From positions 1 to 47,892 of the IMG/VR virus record IMGVR_UViG_3300045996_000711: a stretch of DNA of 47,892 nt, one strand, 5' to 3'. Below are positions 16,288 through 26,011 of this stretch, piece by piece. The stretch comes from a virus. The position numbers and the translations under genes were made by a program. The notes under the pieces are model-generated. The model was not told where the DNA came from, searched no databases, and worked only from the letters and a program-made list of their open reading frames with translations. The first letter of the stretch is position 1, and each line of letters starts with the position of its first letter.

Positions 16288-17030
16288 GTAAGGCCGGTTC
16301 CAGAAATAATCCATTCCGTCGCTGTGATTTTAAGTGCAGTCGCTATTCCGTTAGCTGCAAGTGTACGGCTTCCTGTCGTTCCTGATCCAGCTAGACGCAT
16401 AGTATCCGTAGTAATGGAGATAGTGATAACCCCAGCACCGTTTTGGTTCACAAAAGTAACGGCTGTGCCAATTGTGAAAGCCACGGAGCTGTTAGCGGGG
16501 ATAGTGAATATTCTTGCAGTGGTGTCAGCGCTTGGATGGAGAATATGCTTGTTGGCATCAGATAAAACAAGGGTGTATGCGGATGATTGGCTATTCTGAG
16601 GAATGCCGGTATCAGCTTTCGCATCGAGTGCATCTTGTAAATCAGTTTGATCCGATAATGTTCCAGCAATAGAACCCCATACCGCAGCGCCACCACCTGC
16701 GACAGCAGCCCATCCCGAACTTCCATCATATTGCTGTAGTGTTCCCGCGACATTGACTACTAGACCATCAACAGGCCCAAACGCATACCACGTTCCACTC
16801 GTGAATATAGCAATATCGTCAGGATCAAATTCATCCCACTGAGCCCCTGTAGCGCCAGAAGGAATGATATATACATCCCCATCGGCTGGTGACGCGGGCT
16901 GTTCCGCCTCTACTTTGCTTATTACTAAGCGCCGGCTAGCTTCCAATCTATGCCAATTGTCATTAGCCGGAATGCTGTTGTCTAACGTGCCTTGCTGCCA
17001 TACAGCTAAGGGAAAGATAGGGTCGCTCAT
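16284..17030 (-). CDS. DUF2793-like tail fibre protein
   Basis: 248 aa. The N-terminus (WQQGTLDNSIPANDNWHRLEA...PASPADGDVYIIPSGATGAQW...IAIFTSGTWYAF) matches the DUF2793 pattern found downstream of GTA-type host specificity genes. Confidence 0.55.
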   Translation of the reverse strand: MSDPIFPLAVWQQGTLDNSIPANDNWHRLEASRRLVISKVEAEQPASPADGDVYIIPSGATGAQWDEFDPDDIAIFTSGTWYAFGPVDGLVVNVAGTLQQYDGSSGWAAVAGGGAAVWGSIAGTLSDQTDLQDALDAKADTGIPQNSQSSAYTLVLSDANKHILHPSADTTARIFTIPANSSVAFTIGTAVTFVNQNGAGVITISITTDTMRLAGSGTTGSRTLAANGIATALKITATEWIISGTGLT

Positions 17031-20000
17031 GCGATTTCCTCGGTTACAGACGGACCATCGCCTGTTAGTCGGTTAATTTGAGATACGGCCACTTGAACAG
17101 GGGACGACCACCCTGAAACATCAAAAGATTCATCCGTCGATGTTCCTATCCTGTCGATGGAATTCGACCCGTCGGTTACTTGCCAATGATACCCCTGCCA
17201 ATTAATGGATCGTATTGGATTCATTTCCGTACCGAAACGGTTCCTTGGTATGACAGTAGCTTCTACCACTGATCCAGCCCGCTCCAATAGGACGTTAGCC
17301 ACAGGCCACTCTATCTGTGAGTTTCCATGAAACACATCATTCACGATGGTGCCGGACTCAGGCGTATTGCCATAGCTAATAGCCCGGTGGTAAATATCTA
17401 AATCAATATGAGATACCGGCGCGGCGACCGCAGAAATCGTGTCAAGAAGGACAAATCTAGCCCCAGCAAGGTGCTCGGACGCCTCAGTATTGTATCTTCC
17501 TCTCATCAAATGAGATATCTCGTACAAGCCTTCTCCTAAGTCGTCTGCATCTCGGAATTGACCTATCTCAAAAGTACCATCGCTATTGTGAATAGCAAAT
17601 CCGCCGCCTTCGTTCAGCCATTGAGATTCGGTGAGCGAGTCAATTTCTATTGATCCGTCACTGATATCTAGCTGTACAACTATTTTATTAGTCGTATCCG
17701 GATAATACGGAGAAGCGGCGGTCATATCATCTTGGAGGGTTCCCATAATGGCGCCTTGGGAAACATCCAGCATGTCGGTATAACTAGATCCTCCATCCGT
17801 GCTGTACTGACCTAGAGCTCCGCGCCATGCCGGGCTTATCCCACCCATTGCTACATACTTCACTAGCGTGCTGATATCGTCCTGATCGCGCAAAGCAGGG
17901 TAATCACCAATGATGATTTGGGTTGGCCCTACTATAGAAGGTGGCGGCGGGGTTGGAGGAGGGGGATCAATGCCTTCTACATTAGACGTATAGGCGCTTT
18001 GCCTATCGTTTCTGCAAGTTAGCCTGATTTGACCTGATGCATATTCAAGCTTGTCTATGCGCAGACGACGAATAGTATCTCTAAGAGAAAGTCCTATACA
18101 GTGACCAGGGACCAAGTCAATGTTGTTGTCAGGTACAGTAAAGATTACCTCACCATCTGTATCGGACCACGAGACCTTGTGCAGTACCATGGCCCGCTGA
18201 GCAGCCTCATTTGGCGTGAGGACAACAGGAATTTGGACATTTGCTTCACCGAGGACTCGGGCATCTATGCTGCTTCGTGAGCTAGTTGCTTTAGCAGGGG
18301 CGTAATCCACGCCGGGGTTTTGATAGTCCAAATGAAGTTTGGCGGGGTATTCAATGGCTTGTTCCCGAGTAGCCTCTTCTGGCTCGTCAACAAGATCATC
18401 AAAAGTGAACAACCGTTCTATAGGCTTACCGCGCAATCGGTAATGTATCTTTTTGTCGTATTCTGGTGAATCAATCATCCACAGAGATTGCAATGTCCTT
18501 ATACAATCAGCTCCAGAATAACCACCTGCCAATATCATTCCTCTTACGGGAATATCAGCAAGCTCAGTGACGTCGTACTCATTGGCCGGTTGGTGACAGA
18601 ATGTATGTATGGTAGATATTACTTCATCCAGCATAGGAGGGACATCAGATATTTCTCCACCAGAAGCAGCAAGGGATTGAATACAATTCCACGATTCTGA
18701 AAAGCCTATAGTCTCGGTCCGACGAGTCGTCCAGGTTATCCCATCCTCACTTGTCTTTATTATGCCTATGTTTGGGCTGCCACCCGTATATCCTATGGCA
18801 GAGAATCTAACTCCATTGAATGTTATCTGCCGGGGTGTACATCCCATATTGTCAGGGGATGTGTGCCAGCCCCCAAATGCAGTTTGCTTATAGATGATCT
18901 GCCCATCATCCATCATGGCAACGCAGGTTTCATCATAAGTTCCTGCAAACGTGCCACTGCAAATAGCAGCTACATAACTGGGAGAGCCTGACAATGCAGG
19001 GATAGGCGCGGGGCCCCAATCCAAACCATCAACTGATTGAAGGAGTCTAGGTGAATAGGGGAACGGGCTAGACCCTCCTATGTATCCATGAGTGACAGAA
19101 TTCCATCTAGAAAGACCAAGCGCAGCGCTAAGAGATACCGAACCTAACAGTGCCCAGCCTACACCATCAACAGAATTGAAAAGCCTTCCACCCCCTCCAA
19201 AACGATAGTAGCCGATGAAATGTGCTCCCCGGTGAAGAATCAAATTCAAATCTATGGGGGTTGAGTGATTCCAGCTCAATCCACCATCTTCACTTCTAAG
19301 CAGAGGAGCATTAAGACCACCTGGAATCAGAATAATTTGTCCGGTATCGTCCATTGCAGCCAATTTCTGGCCACCTACCGAGCTTACTGAGTCACCGGTT
19401 GCAATTTGCCAATCGTTGGTACCAACCTCTAGATATGCGGGAACTCGCGTATTCCCATAAGCAATGTACCTGTCCTGATTAGCGATTAGCCATGAATCTC
19501 TATTGTCAATTATTGCCGAGTTAATCCACGGAGAAGAGAAATCTAAACCATCAGCAGAACTAAGCCAATCAGCAGTAGATTCTGAATCGGTGTGAGCCGT
19601 CGCCACTACTTGGATAGCCTGAACGGCAGTTCCCCCAGTAACTACCTCAAAGGAATACTGCGGGATAGCTTTCCACTGAGTAATATCGTATTGAGGAAAA
19701 ACAATGTAGGAACGACCACGATAACTAGGCGTATTACCTAAGCCGTAAATGGCTTCTAAGGCTGGGTCAGGTAACTGAGTGTCCGTTCCCGTATATAATC
19801 TAAACTTAGTTGAAAATTCAGCAGACTCCGCAGGAATAGTGCTATTCGCTCTGATATCAAAAACAAGTTTACCGTTTTCCCATATACGAGAAATACCAGT
19901 TATTCCTTCCTCACCTTTCCAACTAACGCCTATACGGATAGCGAAGGTCTTATAAAGGCTTTCGGTGATGGTTACAGGGCCACCCTTACCTTGGCTCTCT

Positions 20001-20257
20001 TTCCTGCGACGGATGATGTTCGGCCCTTGGGCTATGATGTTTCCTGCCCCTTGAGACGTTCCGAAGTAAATGGGCTGATAGACGCCTTCAGATGAAGTCT
20101 GCTGTGCGATGTCACCAATTTTCGGGCCGTCAATCATCAATGGATCGACAGCATTTCCTACCACAGAACCAATGGCATAGCCAATCTGTGCACCTTGAGG
20201 TCCGCCGAAATACGCACCAATCACCGCGCCTACGATGGGCAATACCTGACGAGCCAT
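17027..20257 (-). CDS. Host-specificity / central tail-tip protein (GTA g15-like) with an inserted BNR/Asp-box propeller
   Basis: 1076 aa. Gly-rich N-terminus (IVGAVIGAYFGGPQGAQIGYAIGSVVGN) typical of GTA g15/J-like proteins. Four Asp-box-like motifs (SEDGGLSW, SVDGVGW, SVDGLDW, SEDGITW) plus the weaker SADGLDF, all within aa ~233-515. Confidence 0.7.
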   Translation of the reverse strand: MARQVLPIVGAVIGAYFGGPQGAQIGYAIGSVVGNAVDPLMIDGPKIGDIAQQTSSEGVYQPIYFGTSQGAGNIIAQGPNIIRRRKESQGKGGPVTITESLYKTFAIRIGVSWKGEEGITGISRIWENGKLVFDIRANSTIPAESAEFSTKFRLYTGTDTQLPDPALEAIYGLGNTPSYRGRSYIVFPQYDITQWKAIPQYSFEVVTGGTAVQAIQVVATAHTDSESTADWLSSADGLDFSSPWINSAIIDNRDSWLIANQDRYIAYGNTRVPAYLEVGTNDWQIATGDSVSSVGGQKLAAMDDTGQIILIPGGLNAPLLRSEDGGLSWNHSTPIDLNLILHRGAHFIGYYRFGGGGRLFNSVDGVGWALLGSVSLSAALGLSRWNSVTHGYIGGSSPFPYSPRLLQSVDGLDWGPAPIPALSGSPSYVAAICSGTFAGTYDETCVAMMDDGQIIYKQTAFGGWHTSPDNMGCTPRQITFNGVRFSAIGYTGGSPNIGIIKTSEDGITWTTRRTETIGFSESWNCIQSLAASGGEISDVPPMLDEVISTIHTFCHQPANEYDVTELADIPVRGMILAGGYSGADCIRTLQSLWMIDSPEYDKKIHYRLRGKPIERLFTFDDLVDEPEEATREQAIEYPAKLHLDYQNPGVDYAPAKATSSRSSIDARVLGEANVQIPVVLTPNEAAQRAMVLHKVSWSDTDGEVIFTVPDNNIDLVPGHCIGLSLRDTIRRLRIDKLEYASGQIRLTCRNDRQSAYTSNVEGIDPPPPTPPPPSIVGPTQIIIGDYPALRDQDDISTLVKYVAMGGISPAWRGALGQYSTDGGSSYTDMLDVSQGAIMGTLQDDMTAASPYYPDTTNKIVVQLDISDGSIEIDSLTESQWLNEGGGFAIHNSDGTFEIGQFRDADDLGEGLYEISHLMRGRYNTEASEHLAGARFVLLDTISAVAAPVSHIDLDIYHRAISYGNTPESGTIVNDVFHGNSQIEWPVANVLLERAGSVVEATVIPRNRFGTEMNPIRSINWQGYHWQVTDGSNSIDRIGTSTDESFDVSGWSSPVQVAVSQINRLTGDGPSVTEEIA

Positions 20258-20715
20258 TAGACAGGCCTCCGAAACACATGCGTGATTCGAGTGATTATGT
20301 CAGGTGACAATCGGTGCTCTATTACCTTTCCACACTTACCATCATGAGGCCATCCATCGGCATGAATGATGGCTAATCCTCCTAAAGGATAGTCTGTCAC
20401 AATAGCGACATGATGAGGTTCATGATCAAAACGAATCAAAACCACATCACCTATGTTCAATTGGTACTGAGAAATTTTGCCGACATGAATTGGCGCGCCT
20501 AGAGATTTAATCGCATGATCAACGAGAACAGGTTTGTGCTGTTCGGGCTCACGCTCATATAGTTGAAAGTCAGAGACAGTGACCCCGCAATCTCGATAAG
20601 CAATCCAAACTAGGCCAGCGCAATCCAAGCCCTTCCCCGGACCATCGCCCTTCCTTCCCCTATGGCGGAAGCGAACGCCAAGGTAGCTACGGGCGGCGTG
20701 CACGAGGCGGTTCAT
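20257..20715 (-). CDS. NlpC/P60 cysteine peptidase (GTA g14-like tail protein)
   Basis: 152 aa. GLDCAGLVWIAY (catalytic Cys) and HHVAIV...IIHA (His). Confidence 0.75.
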   Translation of the reverse strand: MNRLVHAARSYLGVRFRHRGRKGDGPGKGLDCAGLVWIAYRDCGVTVSDFQLYEREPEQHKPVLVDHAIKSLGAPIHVGKISQYQLNIGDVVLIRFDHEPHHVAIVTDYPLGGLAIIHADGWPHDGKCGKVIEHRLSPDIITRITHVFRRPV

Positions 20716-21713
20716 TCCACGTCCTCGGGAGGATTGCTAACTCCACCACCAGAGTTGGAAGTAGTGCCACCCGGAACCGTATTGGCAATAGCGTCTCCAA
20801 TTGGAATATCCGGCTCTCCCCTGAAGTGCATAACCCATTGTGCCCCCCAATGAGAAGGACATCCTTTGATGCTATGCCGTGCGTGTTTGTTACAGTCACG
20901 GCGGTATTGGAATGTATCTCCGGCCTGTATGGTGAATGGAGTCCGGAAAGCGAGTGAGATTGAATTGGATGTATTGGACTCTATTTCTTGTTCTTTGCCT
21001 GTATTCCGGCCAGTTAACCATCGGACCATGCCGGGAGCATAGTAGTCATCAATGTCAATGCCTGAGTCTTGAACTAGTGGAGCAGTGGTTGTAAATGAGT
21101 AGTTAGATTCTGCCCCCGCAGCCAAGACAGTGCCATCTTCCCAGTACGTAGAAAGATCGATTCCGCAGTATTCCCGTTCTTCATAGACCCCACCTCCCGT
21201 ACCGATAGGCTGAGACCCTAATCGGGCCCGGCAAGTAATCGAATCACGTGCGCAAATAGTTTGTTTTAATTGCTGGGAAAGACCCCTCAACTCTTCCCAA
21301 AAAGACAAGCCATCTAACGTACGCATCTGACCGAGACGGCCATAATCAAGAACCACATGCGATCCAGGCGTAAGATCGTTGTAGTTGACTAGATAAAGAG
21401 TGAATCTAGCAAAGTCGTAAACGCCGGCCTGGATATCCTCTTCTGAAATAGGAAATTCGTATTCAGGAAGAAGACCCTGCATCTGTGAATTATCTATGGA
21501 TAGGTCATTGGTATACAGCAACGATTGAGGCTGCATGCCGACATAGGCTGAATACTCAAGCTCTCCAGTTCCGTCATCGTAGACCAAGCTTTGATTCGTG
21601 AGCGAAGCACCAAACGAATCCGCGCCGATAGGATCAATCCGCATCAGCATGGTGGTGGTAGAAGCGCCAGACTCAAGATTCTCTTGAATCTGGATAGGAA
21701 TGTTTCGGCCCAT
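20712..21713 (-). CDS. DUF2163/BR0599-like distal tail protein (GTA g13-like)
   Basis: 333 aa. Position and C-terminal Cys motifs (CARDSITCRARLG, RRDCNKHARHSIKGC) fit this family. Confidence 0.6.
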   Translation of the reverse strand: MGRNIPIQIQENLESGASTTTMLMRIDPIGADSFGASLTNQSLVYDDGTGELEYSAYVGMQPQSLLYTNDLSIDNSQMQGLLPEYEFPISEEDIQAGVYDFARFTLYLVNYNDLTPGSHVVLDYGRLGQMRTLDGLSFWEELRGLSQQLKQTICARDSITCRARLGSQPIGTGGGVYEEREYCGIDLSTYWEDGTVLAAGAESNYSFTTTAPLVQDSGIDIDDYYAPGMVRWLTGRNTGKEQEIESNTSNSISLAFRTPFTIQAGDTFQYRRDCNKHARHSIKGCPSHWGAQWVMHFRGEPDIPIGDAIANTVPGGTTSNSGGGVSNPPEDVE

Positions 21714-22327
21714 TAGCTCACCTGTACCGCAGGCGGCGGCATTTCAATTAGCTCCACCTGACCGTTTCTCGCATTGGGATTATCCAAGCTGAAAGGCAAA
21801 TAGTCTTGATTGAACCTTACCCATACGTCGAACTCACCTGTCCAGCGGATAGGTAGCGCGTTCCCTGGAGGCGAATCAAATATCACCAAACCTCTGTCTC
21901 TATCTATGGAAAAGCTAGAAGTCGGAATGCCATTAACTGTGATGGTCGGGGTTTCGCTATCTGGAATAGCGTAAACATTCCGTTGATAACTGAAACCGCC
22001 AATAGTGTAAAGCTTTGACAACTGGAAAGTATCAGTGACGCCATCACCAAATCCAACTAGCTCACTTGAAGCTGAATGATCTAAAGGGTCGCGATATAGA
22101 AAGCAGTGAAGCATGCCTTGGGCCACAAGAAACATGGAAAGAATGGGCTCGTAGCGCTCACTAGAAAGGTTCAAAAAAGGGATGGAATACTTACGACGAG
22201 GTTGGACCCAATCGCCATTACGGCGCTCAAAGCCATTCGCCATGGTCACAAGGCGCGTGCTGAACTCGGGACCGCCTTCCCAGCCAAACCCTTCGCAAGT
22301 TTCAAGATAGCCTCTTATATAGGCCAT
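21713..22327 (-). CDS. DUF2460-like distal tail protein (GTA g12-like)
   Basis: 204 aa. GWEGGPEFSTRLVTMANGFERRNGDWVQPRRKY matches the TIGR02217-type N-terminus. Confidence 0.6.
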   Translation of the reverse strand: MAYIRGYLETCEGFGWEGGPEFSTRLVTMANGFERRNGDWVQPRRKYSIPFLNLSSERYEPILSMFLVAQGMLHCFLYRDPLDHSASSELVGFGDGVTDTFQLSKLYTIGGFSYQRNVYAIPDSETPTITVNGIPTSSFSIDRDRGLVIFDSPPGNALPIRWTGEFDVWVRFNQDYLPFSLDNPNARNGQVELIEMPPPAVQVS

Positions 22328-24492
22328 CAGCTATTTCTCCTAAGTGCGGTCCCTGATTTACGTCCTACATCGGCAGCAATCTGTTCTTGTGTGCGGGGAT
22401 CGATGTTGCCCCGCACAATGAAATTGTTCGTCTGGTTTACGCCTCCCATTCCTAGCGAATGATTAGGAATGATCGATCCCGACTTGGGAGCTACGAAAAG
22501 CTCTGGACCACGCTCTCCTACAAGATAAGGAACGCCCGCCATAACAGAACCGCCATTCGCTCGCGCGCCTCCAAATAGGGAGCCGAACAGGTTGGCTGCT
22601 GCGGCCATCCATCCGCCACCTTGAGCGCCTCCGGCTGAGCTTTCAGACTGACTAAAAGCACCCACAATCTGCTCAGCCCACTGGTCTGTAATAGCTTGTA
22701 AAATCTGCCGGCTTAATTCCTCAAAGAAGTCCTTAACAGCATCCTGTAGAGATTTGGTGCTGCTGATAGCGTCAAATAAGGAATCAGACAACGCACGCTG
22801 TGCGTCATTCCAGCCCTGAGCGGTTCTCGCGGCTTGTTCTTGAGCGGCTGCCAAGTCTTTTACCGTTTGAATTTCTTCCTCAGTCGCATCCGCGTTAAGG
22901 TAGCGAAGAGCAATAGCTTCATTACGCTTGGCGTTGGTCATACCCAGCAACTCAAGCTCAAACTCCATATCGGCGATGAACTCTTTGTTGGCCTTGGTAT
23001 TCTCGGCGAAGGCTTCCGACTCTCTTTTTACACGTTCATCTGCTGCTTCCTGAAGCTCGGCCAACCGTTCCTGAGTGTCTATCTGCTGGGCAAGTACAAG
23101 TAACTGATCCTTTTGTCCTTTAGCCAGATTCGCCAAGCTACCACTTTCCGTTTCATAACGAAGCTTAGCTTCCTCACCAGTCTTTCCGAATAGAGCAATC
23201 TGTTGCTCCATGGAAGCCGTCAGAGACTCATAGGTTTCTTTAAGGCGCGCGGCCTCTTTGTCGGCTTCTGACAATGCTTTGGATGCAGCCTTACCTGCCT
23301 TCTCGGACCCGGCTAGGAATTTATTTACGCTGGCTAGTAGTTGCGGGGAACTTCCGCCGGTCTCTGGCCTATTAGAGCCGCCGCGCGCGTTGGCAGCCCG
23401 ATTGCCTTGGACAGTAGCCGTAACGCCACTAAAGTCAGCTTGGTCACCAAAGGCATTGGAGAAAAACTGACGGATGCCATCGGCTTGGCGCTTGGCATTG
23501 TTAAAGAACCCGCTGAAATCTAGGTTCGCTAGCTTTGAGGCCATTTCGTATAGGGCAGTAAACGTCTGCGTCAGACCATCCATAGATCGCCTAAACGATG
23601 CCCCTACTTCGCTGCCGTCCTTGATCCAGCCCACTAAGCCGGATATAGCACTTGCGACTTCTTTAACGCTTACGCCGAACGCATTGCCTTCTTTCGCCGA
23701 CTCCCTGAACTCCTTTACCAGCTTGGTTAGCTCAGGGAGAAGTTCTTGGGCAAGCTGGGAAAATAGACCATTGACTGTCGCACGTAACTTAGCAAGTTCG
23801 TCATTGAAATCGTCAGCCGCTTTTGCCGTTTCATCACTGATTATCGCGGCAACCGATTCGGCCTCAGCTCCTAACTTGCTTAGTCCGTCGCTCCCATTTT
23901 CCAAGAACTCAATGAGTTCTGCGCCAGACCGACCAAATAGCTCCATGGCCAAAGCTGTCTCGGTCGTGTCGTTGTCAAGAGACTTGAAAGCGTCGGCTAC
24001 CTCGGGAAGCAACTCCTCTACGTCCCTCAGATTGCCTGAAGCATCCTTGATGCTAATTCCAAGAGCAGCAAATAGCTCTGATTGCCTAGAGCCGCTATCC
24101 GCAGCAGCCGCTACCGTCTTGCTGAACTTGCCAAGAGCACCCGTCAAGGACTCAAGATCGGTTCCCGATTGCTCGGCCGCATAACCCCATGCAGAAAGCT
24201 GCTCTGTCGATATGCCTAGCCGGACCGAGAACTCATTAAGCTTATCTGCCTTATTAACTGCATTCGTGAAACCTTGGAATGCAGCTTGGGCAGAAAGCAA
24301 TCCGCCAATCAGACCGCCTGTAAAAGCAGCTACGCTACCAAGCGCGCCCTTTAGTCCATTGCTAATTGACTTACTGATGTCCTTTGAACGCCTGTCTGCG
24401 AGGCGCGCGGCTTTGTCCATCCCTTGCTCGAAACCTGCTATTCGAGCGATGAGATCGACCGTCAGGCTGCCGATTGACCTGCTTCCTGCCAT
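22327..24492 (-). CDS. Tape measure protein
   Basis: About 721 aa from ATG 24492 (TAATG overlap with the GIY-YIG stop; RBS GGTGGG; alternative GTG at 24504). Long Ala/Leu/Glu-rich helical protein in the canonical position. Confidence 0.8.
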   Translation of the reverse strand: MAGSRSIGSLTVDLIARIAGFEQGMDKAARLADRRSKDISKSISNGLKGALGSVAAFTGGLIGGLLSAQAAFQGFTNAVNKADKLNEFSVRLGISTEQLSAWGYAAEQSGTDLESLTGALGKFSKTVAAAADSGSRQSELFAALGISIKDASGNLRDVEELLPEVADAFKSLDNDTTETALAMELFGRSGAELIEFLENGSDGLSKLGAEAESVAAIISDETAKAADDFNDELAKLRATVNGLFSQLAQELLPELTKLVKEFRESAKEGNAFGVSVKEVASAISGLVGWIKDGSEVGASFRRSMDGLTQTFTALYEMASKLANLDFSGFFNNAKRQADGIRQFFSNAFGDQADFSGVTATVQGNRAANARGGSNRPETGGSSPQLLASVNKFLAGSEKAGKAASKALSEADKEAARLKETYESLTASMEQQIALFGKTGEEAKLRYETESGSLANLAKGQKDQLLVLAQQIDTQERLAELQEAADERVKRESEAFAENTKANKEFIADMEFELELLGMTNAKRNEAIALRYLNADATEEEIQTVKDLAAAQEQAARTAQGWNDAQRALSDSLFDAISSTKSLQDAVKDFFEELSRQILQAITDQWAEQIVGAFSQSESSAGGAQGGGWMAAAANLFGSLFGGARANGGSVMAGVPYLVGERGPELFVAPKSGSIIPNHSLGMGGVNQTNNFIVRGNIDPRTQEQIAADVGRKSGTALRRNS

Positions 24493-25310
24493 TATTGAAC
24501 CCACCTGTATGTCTTACGGTTTACTATCTCAGATATAGAAGCAGGATCAATATCAAAAATCTTAGCAAGATCTATCTGTTTTTCACCACGCGAATATCGC
24601 ATGCGAATTTCAACAACTTGATTGTCAGAAAGTTTTGCTCTTGCCATCCCATTTTTTATGTTTCTTTCTGAAGAACAGATATATCCCGTCATTCTCTTAG
24701 ACGCAGCTTCTGAAAAGCCGGGAGGCATCTTTCTTCCTATTAGCTTAGCCCTGCGCTTCTCTATCGTTTCTTTGCTCTGCTTCTTTCCAGTCAAGGCTAA
24801 TGAGATTTTAGATCGTTGTTCCTTTGTAATGATTCTGCCTTTATGAGCTAAACCTATTTTATCGCGACGTTCCTGCGTCATTGGACCGCTGCCTTTACCC
24901 TTTCTGCTTTCGCTGATCTTAGCCAAAGTCTCAGGAGTGTGCTTGCGTCCTTTCATAGGTGAAAATCCATTACGAGCCCGTGCAGCCCTAAGCTTAGCGC
25001 GCGTCTCTTCTGAATGGCGGTAGCCTAGCTGTGAACCAGCAATAGGACTCGTGTTGTAGTCTGGCTTTAACCCATCAATCAACCTTTGCTCGTAAAATAG
25101 AATGTCGTCGCGAGAGCAATAAGCCACTACCGTGAATCTGAAGAACAAAGGACCGTACTTGTTCCAAGCTCGCTGGAGGAACCGACTATGATGCCTGTTT
25201 TCTATCAGACCTCGCTGATGTTCCTTCCATCGCTTTCTAAGCGTAACTGAACTACCGACGTAACGCCTGCCATTTGCAAGATTTTCAATTAGGTATACAC
25301 CAGTATCCAT
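24492..25310 (-). CDS. GIY-YIG homing endonuclease (I-TevI-like, NUMOD3 repeats plus C-terminal HTH)
   Basis: 272 aa. GVYLIENLANGRRYVGSS...RWKEH...N, repeated H(S/T)(E/P)ET..K(L/I) modules, and a C-terminal DLAKIFDIDPASISEIVNRKTY. Visibly more AT-rich than its flanks. Confidence 0.85.
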   Translation of the reverse strand: MDTGVYLIENLANGRRYVGSSVTLRKRWKEHQRGLIENRHHSRFLQRAWNKYGPLFFRFTVVAYCSRDDILFYEQRLIDGLKPDYNTSPIAGSQLGYRHSEETRAKLRAARARNGFSPMKGRKHTPETLAKISESRKGKGSGPMTQERRDKIGLAHKGRIITKEQRSKISLALTGKKQSKETIEKRRAKLIGRKMPPGFSEAASKRMTGYICSSERNIKNGMARAKLSDNQVVEIRMRYSRGEKQIDLAKIFDIDPASISEIVNRKTYRWVQ

Positions 25311-25567
25311 TAGTGCTTACTCTTACTTGCGGTGGCGAGATTCTTAAACATAAGCAGAAGCTTCTCTGGAGTAGCCTCGGGTTCCGGCTCTCGTGGCCAT
25401 GGCATGAAGTCTCGCGGCTTGGCGTTCTTCATGAAGAGACTAATCGCCCGAGCAATCGCAGCCTCAAGCCTGAGCGATTCGTGTAGGGGACCATTCTCAA
25501 TCACGTACGCCTCCCATATGTGCAGCTCGGCTTGAGTCATTCGCCCTTTCAGCTCAGTGAGGGTCAT
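25310..25567 (-). CDS. Tail assembly chaperone T-segment ORF (expressed as a G-T fusion by -1 frameshift)
   Basis: 85-aa ORF in the -1 frame relative to 25585..25938. That frame is open from the slippery run to this ORF. Confidence 0.6.
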   Translation of the reverse strand: MTLTELKGRMTQAELHIWEAYVIENGPLHESLRLEAAIARAISLFMKNAKPRDFMPWPREPEPEATPEKLLLMFKNLATASKSKH

Positions 25568-25584
25568 GCCCCCAATGGCCAGCG

Positions 25585-25938
25585 TCAGGTCGCAGAGGAA
25601 CCTTTCGCGGGGCGTGAGGTTTTTTTTACGGTGTTGACCTCATTCAAAGCATGGAACATAGCGCCGGCTAGCGAGGGATCAAGCTTGTAAGCCATCTCAA
25701 ACGGGATAACCTCTTTGCCATCCTCGCCTAGCCGAACGCATACCGAAATCGCCTTCGCAGTACGGGCGCGTTCTTCTGTGTCGCCGAGGAACAACGTTTC
25801 AAACTCTCCGATGTTCATCTTCTTTACATGGATGGTAGCAGTCAGTTCCTCGCCACCCAGCGTGAATTTAATTTCTCTCTTGACCGGCTTGTCAGGAACA
25901 AAACCGCCAATCGTTTGAATGTCTTTCAAGGTAGTCAT
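25585..25938 (-). CDS. Tail assembly chaperone (gpG-like)
   Basis: 117 aa between the major tail and tape measure genes. Ends shortly after an A8 slippery run. Confidence 0.65.
   Translation of the reverse strand: MTTLKDIQTIGGFVPDKPVKREIKFTLGGEELTATIHVKKMNIGEFETLFLGDTEERARTAKAISVCVRLGEDGKEVIPFEMAYKLDPSLAGAMFHALNEVNTVKKTSRPAKGSSAT
25620..25627 (-). promoter_or_regulatory. Programmed -1 ribosomal frameshift slippery site (A AAA AAA A)
   Basis: Minus strand reads GUA AAA AAA ACC. A -1 shift reads AAC CUC ACG ... GGC AUG ACC CUC with no stop, entering ORF 25310..25567. Frame arithmetic: coordinates 25938 mod 3 = 0 and 25567 mod 3 = 1. Confidence 0.7.
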
Positions 25939-26011
25939 AGCTCGCCCTATAGGTTAAGAAGGTGAGCGGCGGAAAACGCGGCGAGACGCCTCACAGACCC
26001 GCTCGTAGAAC

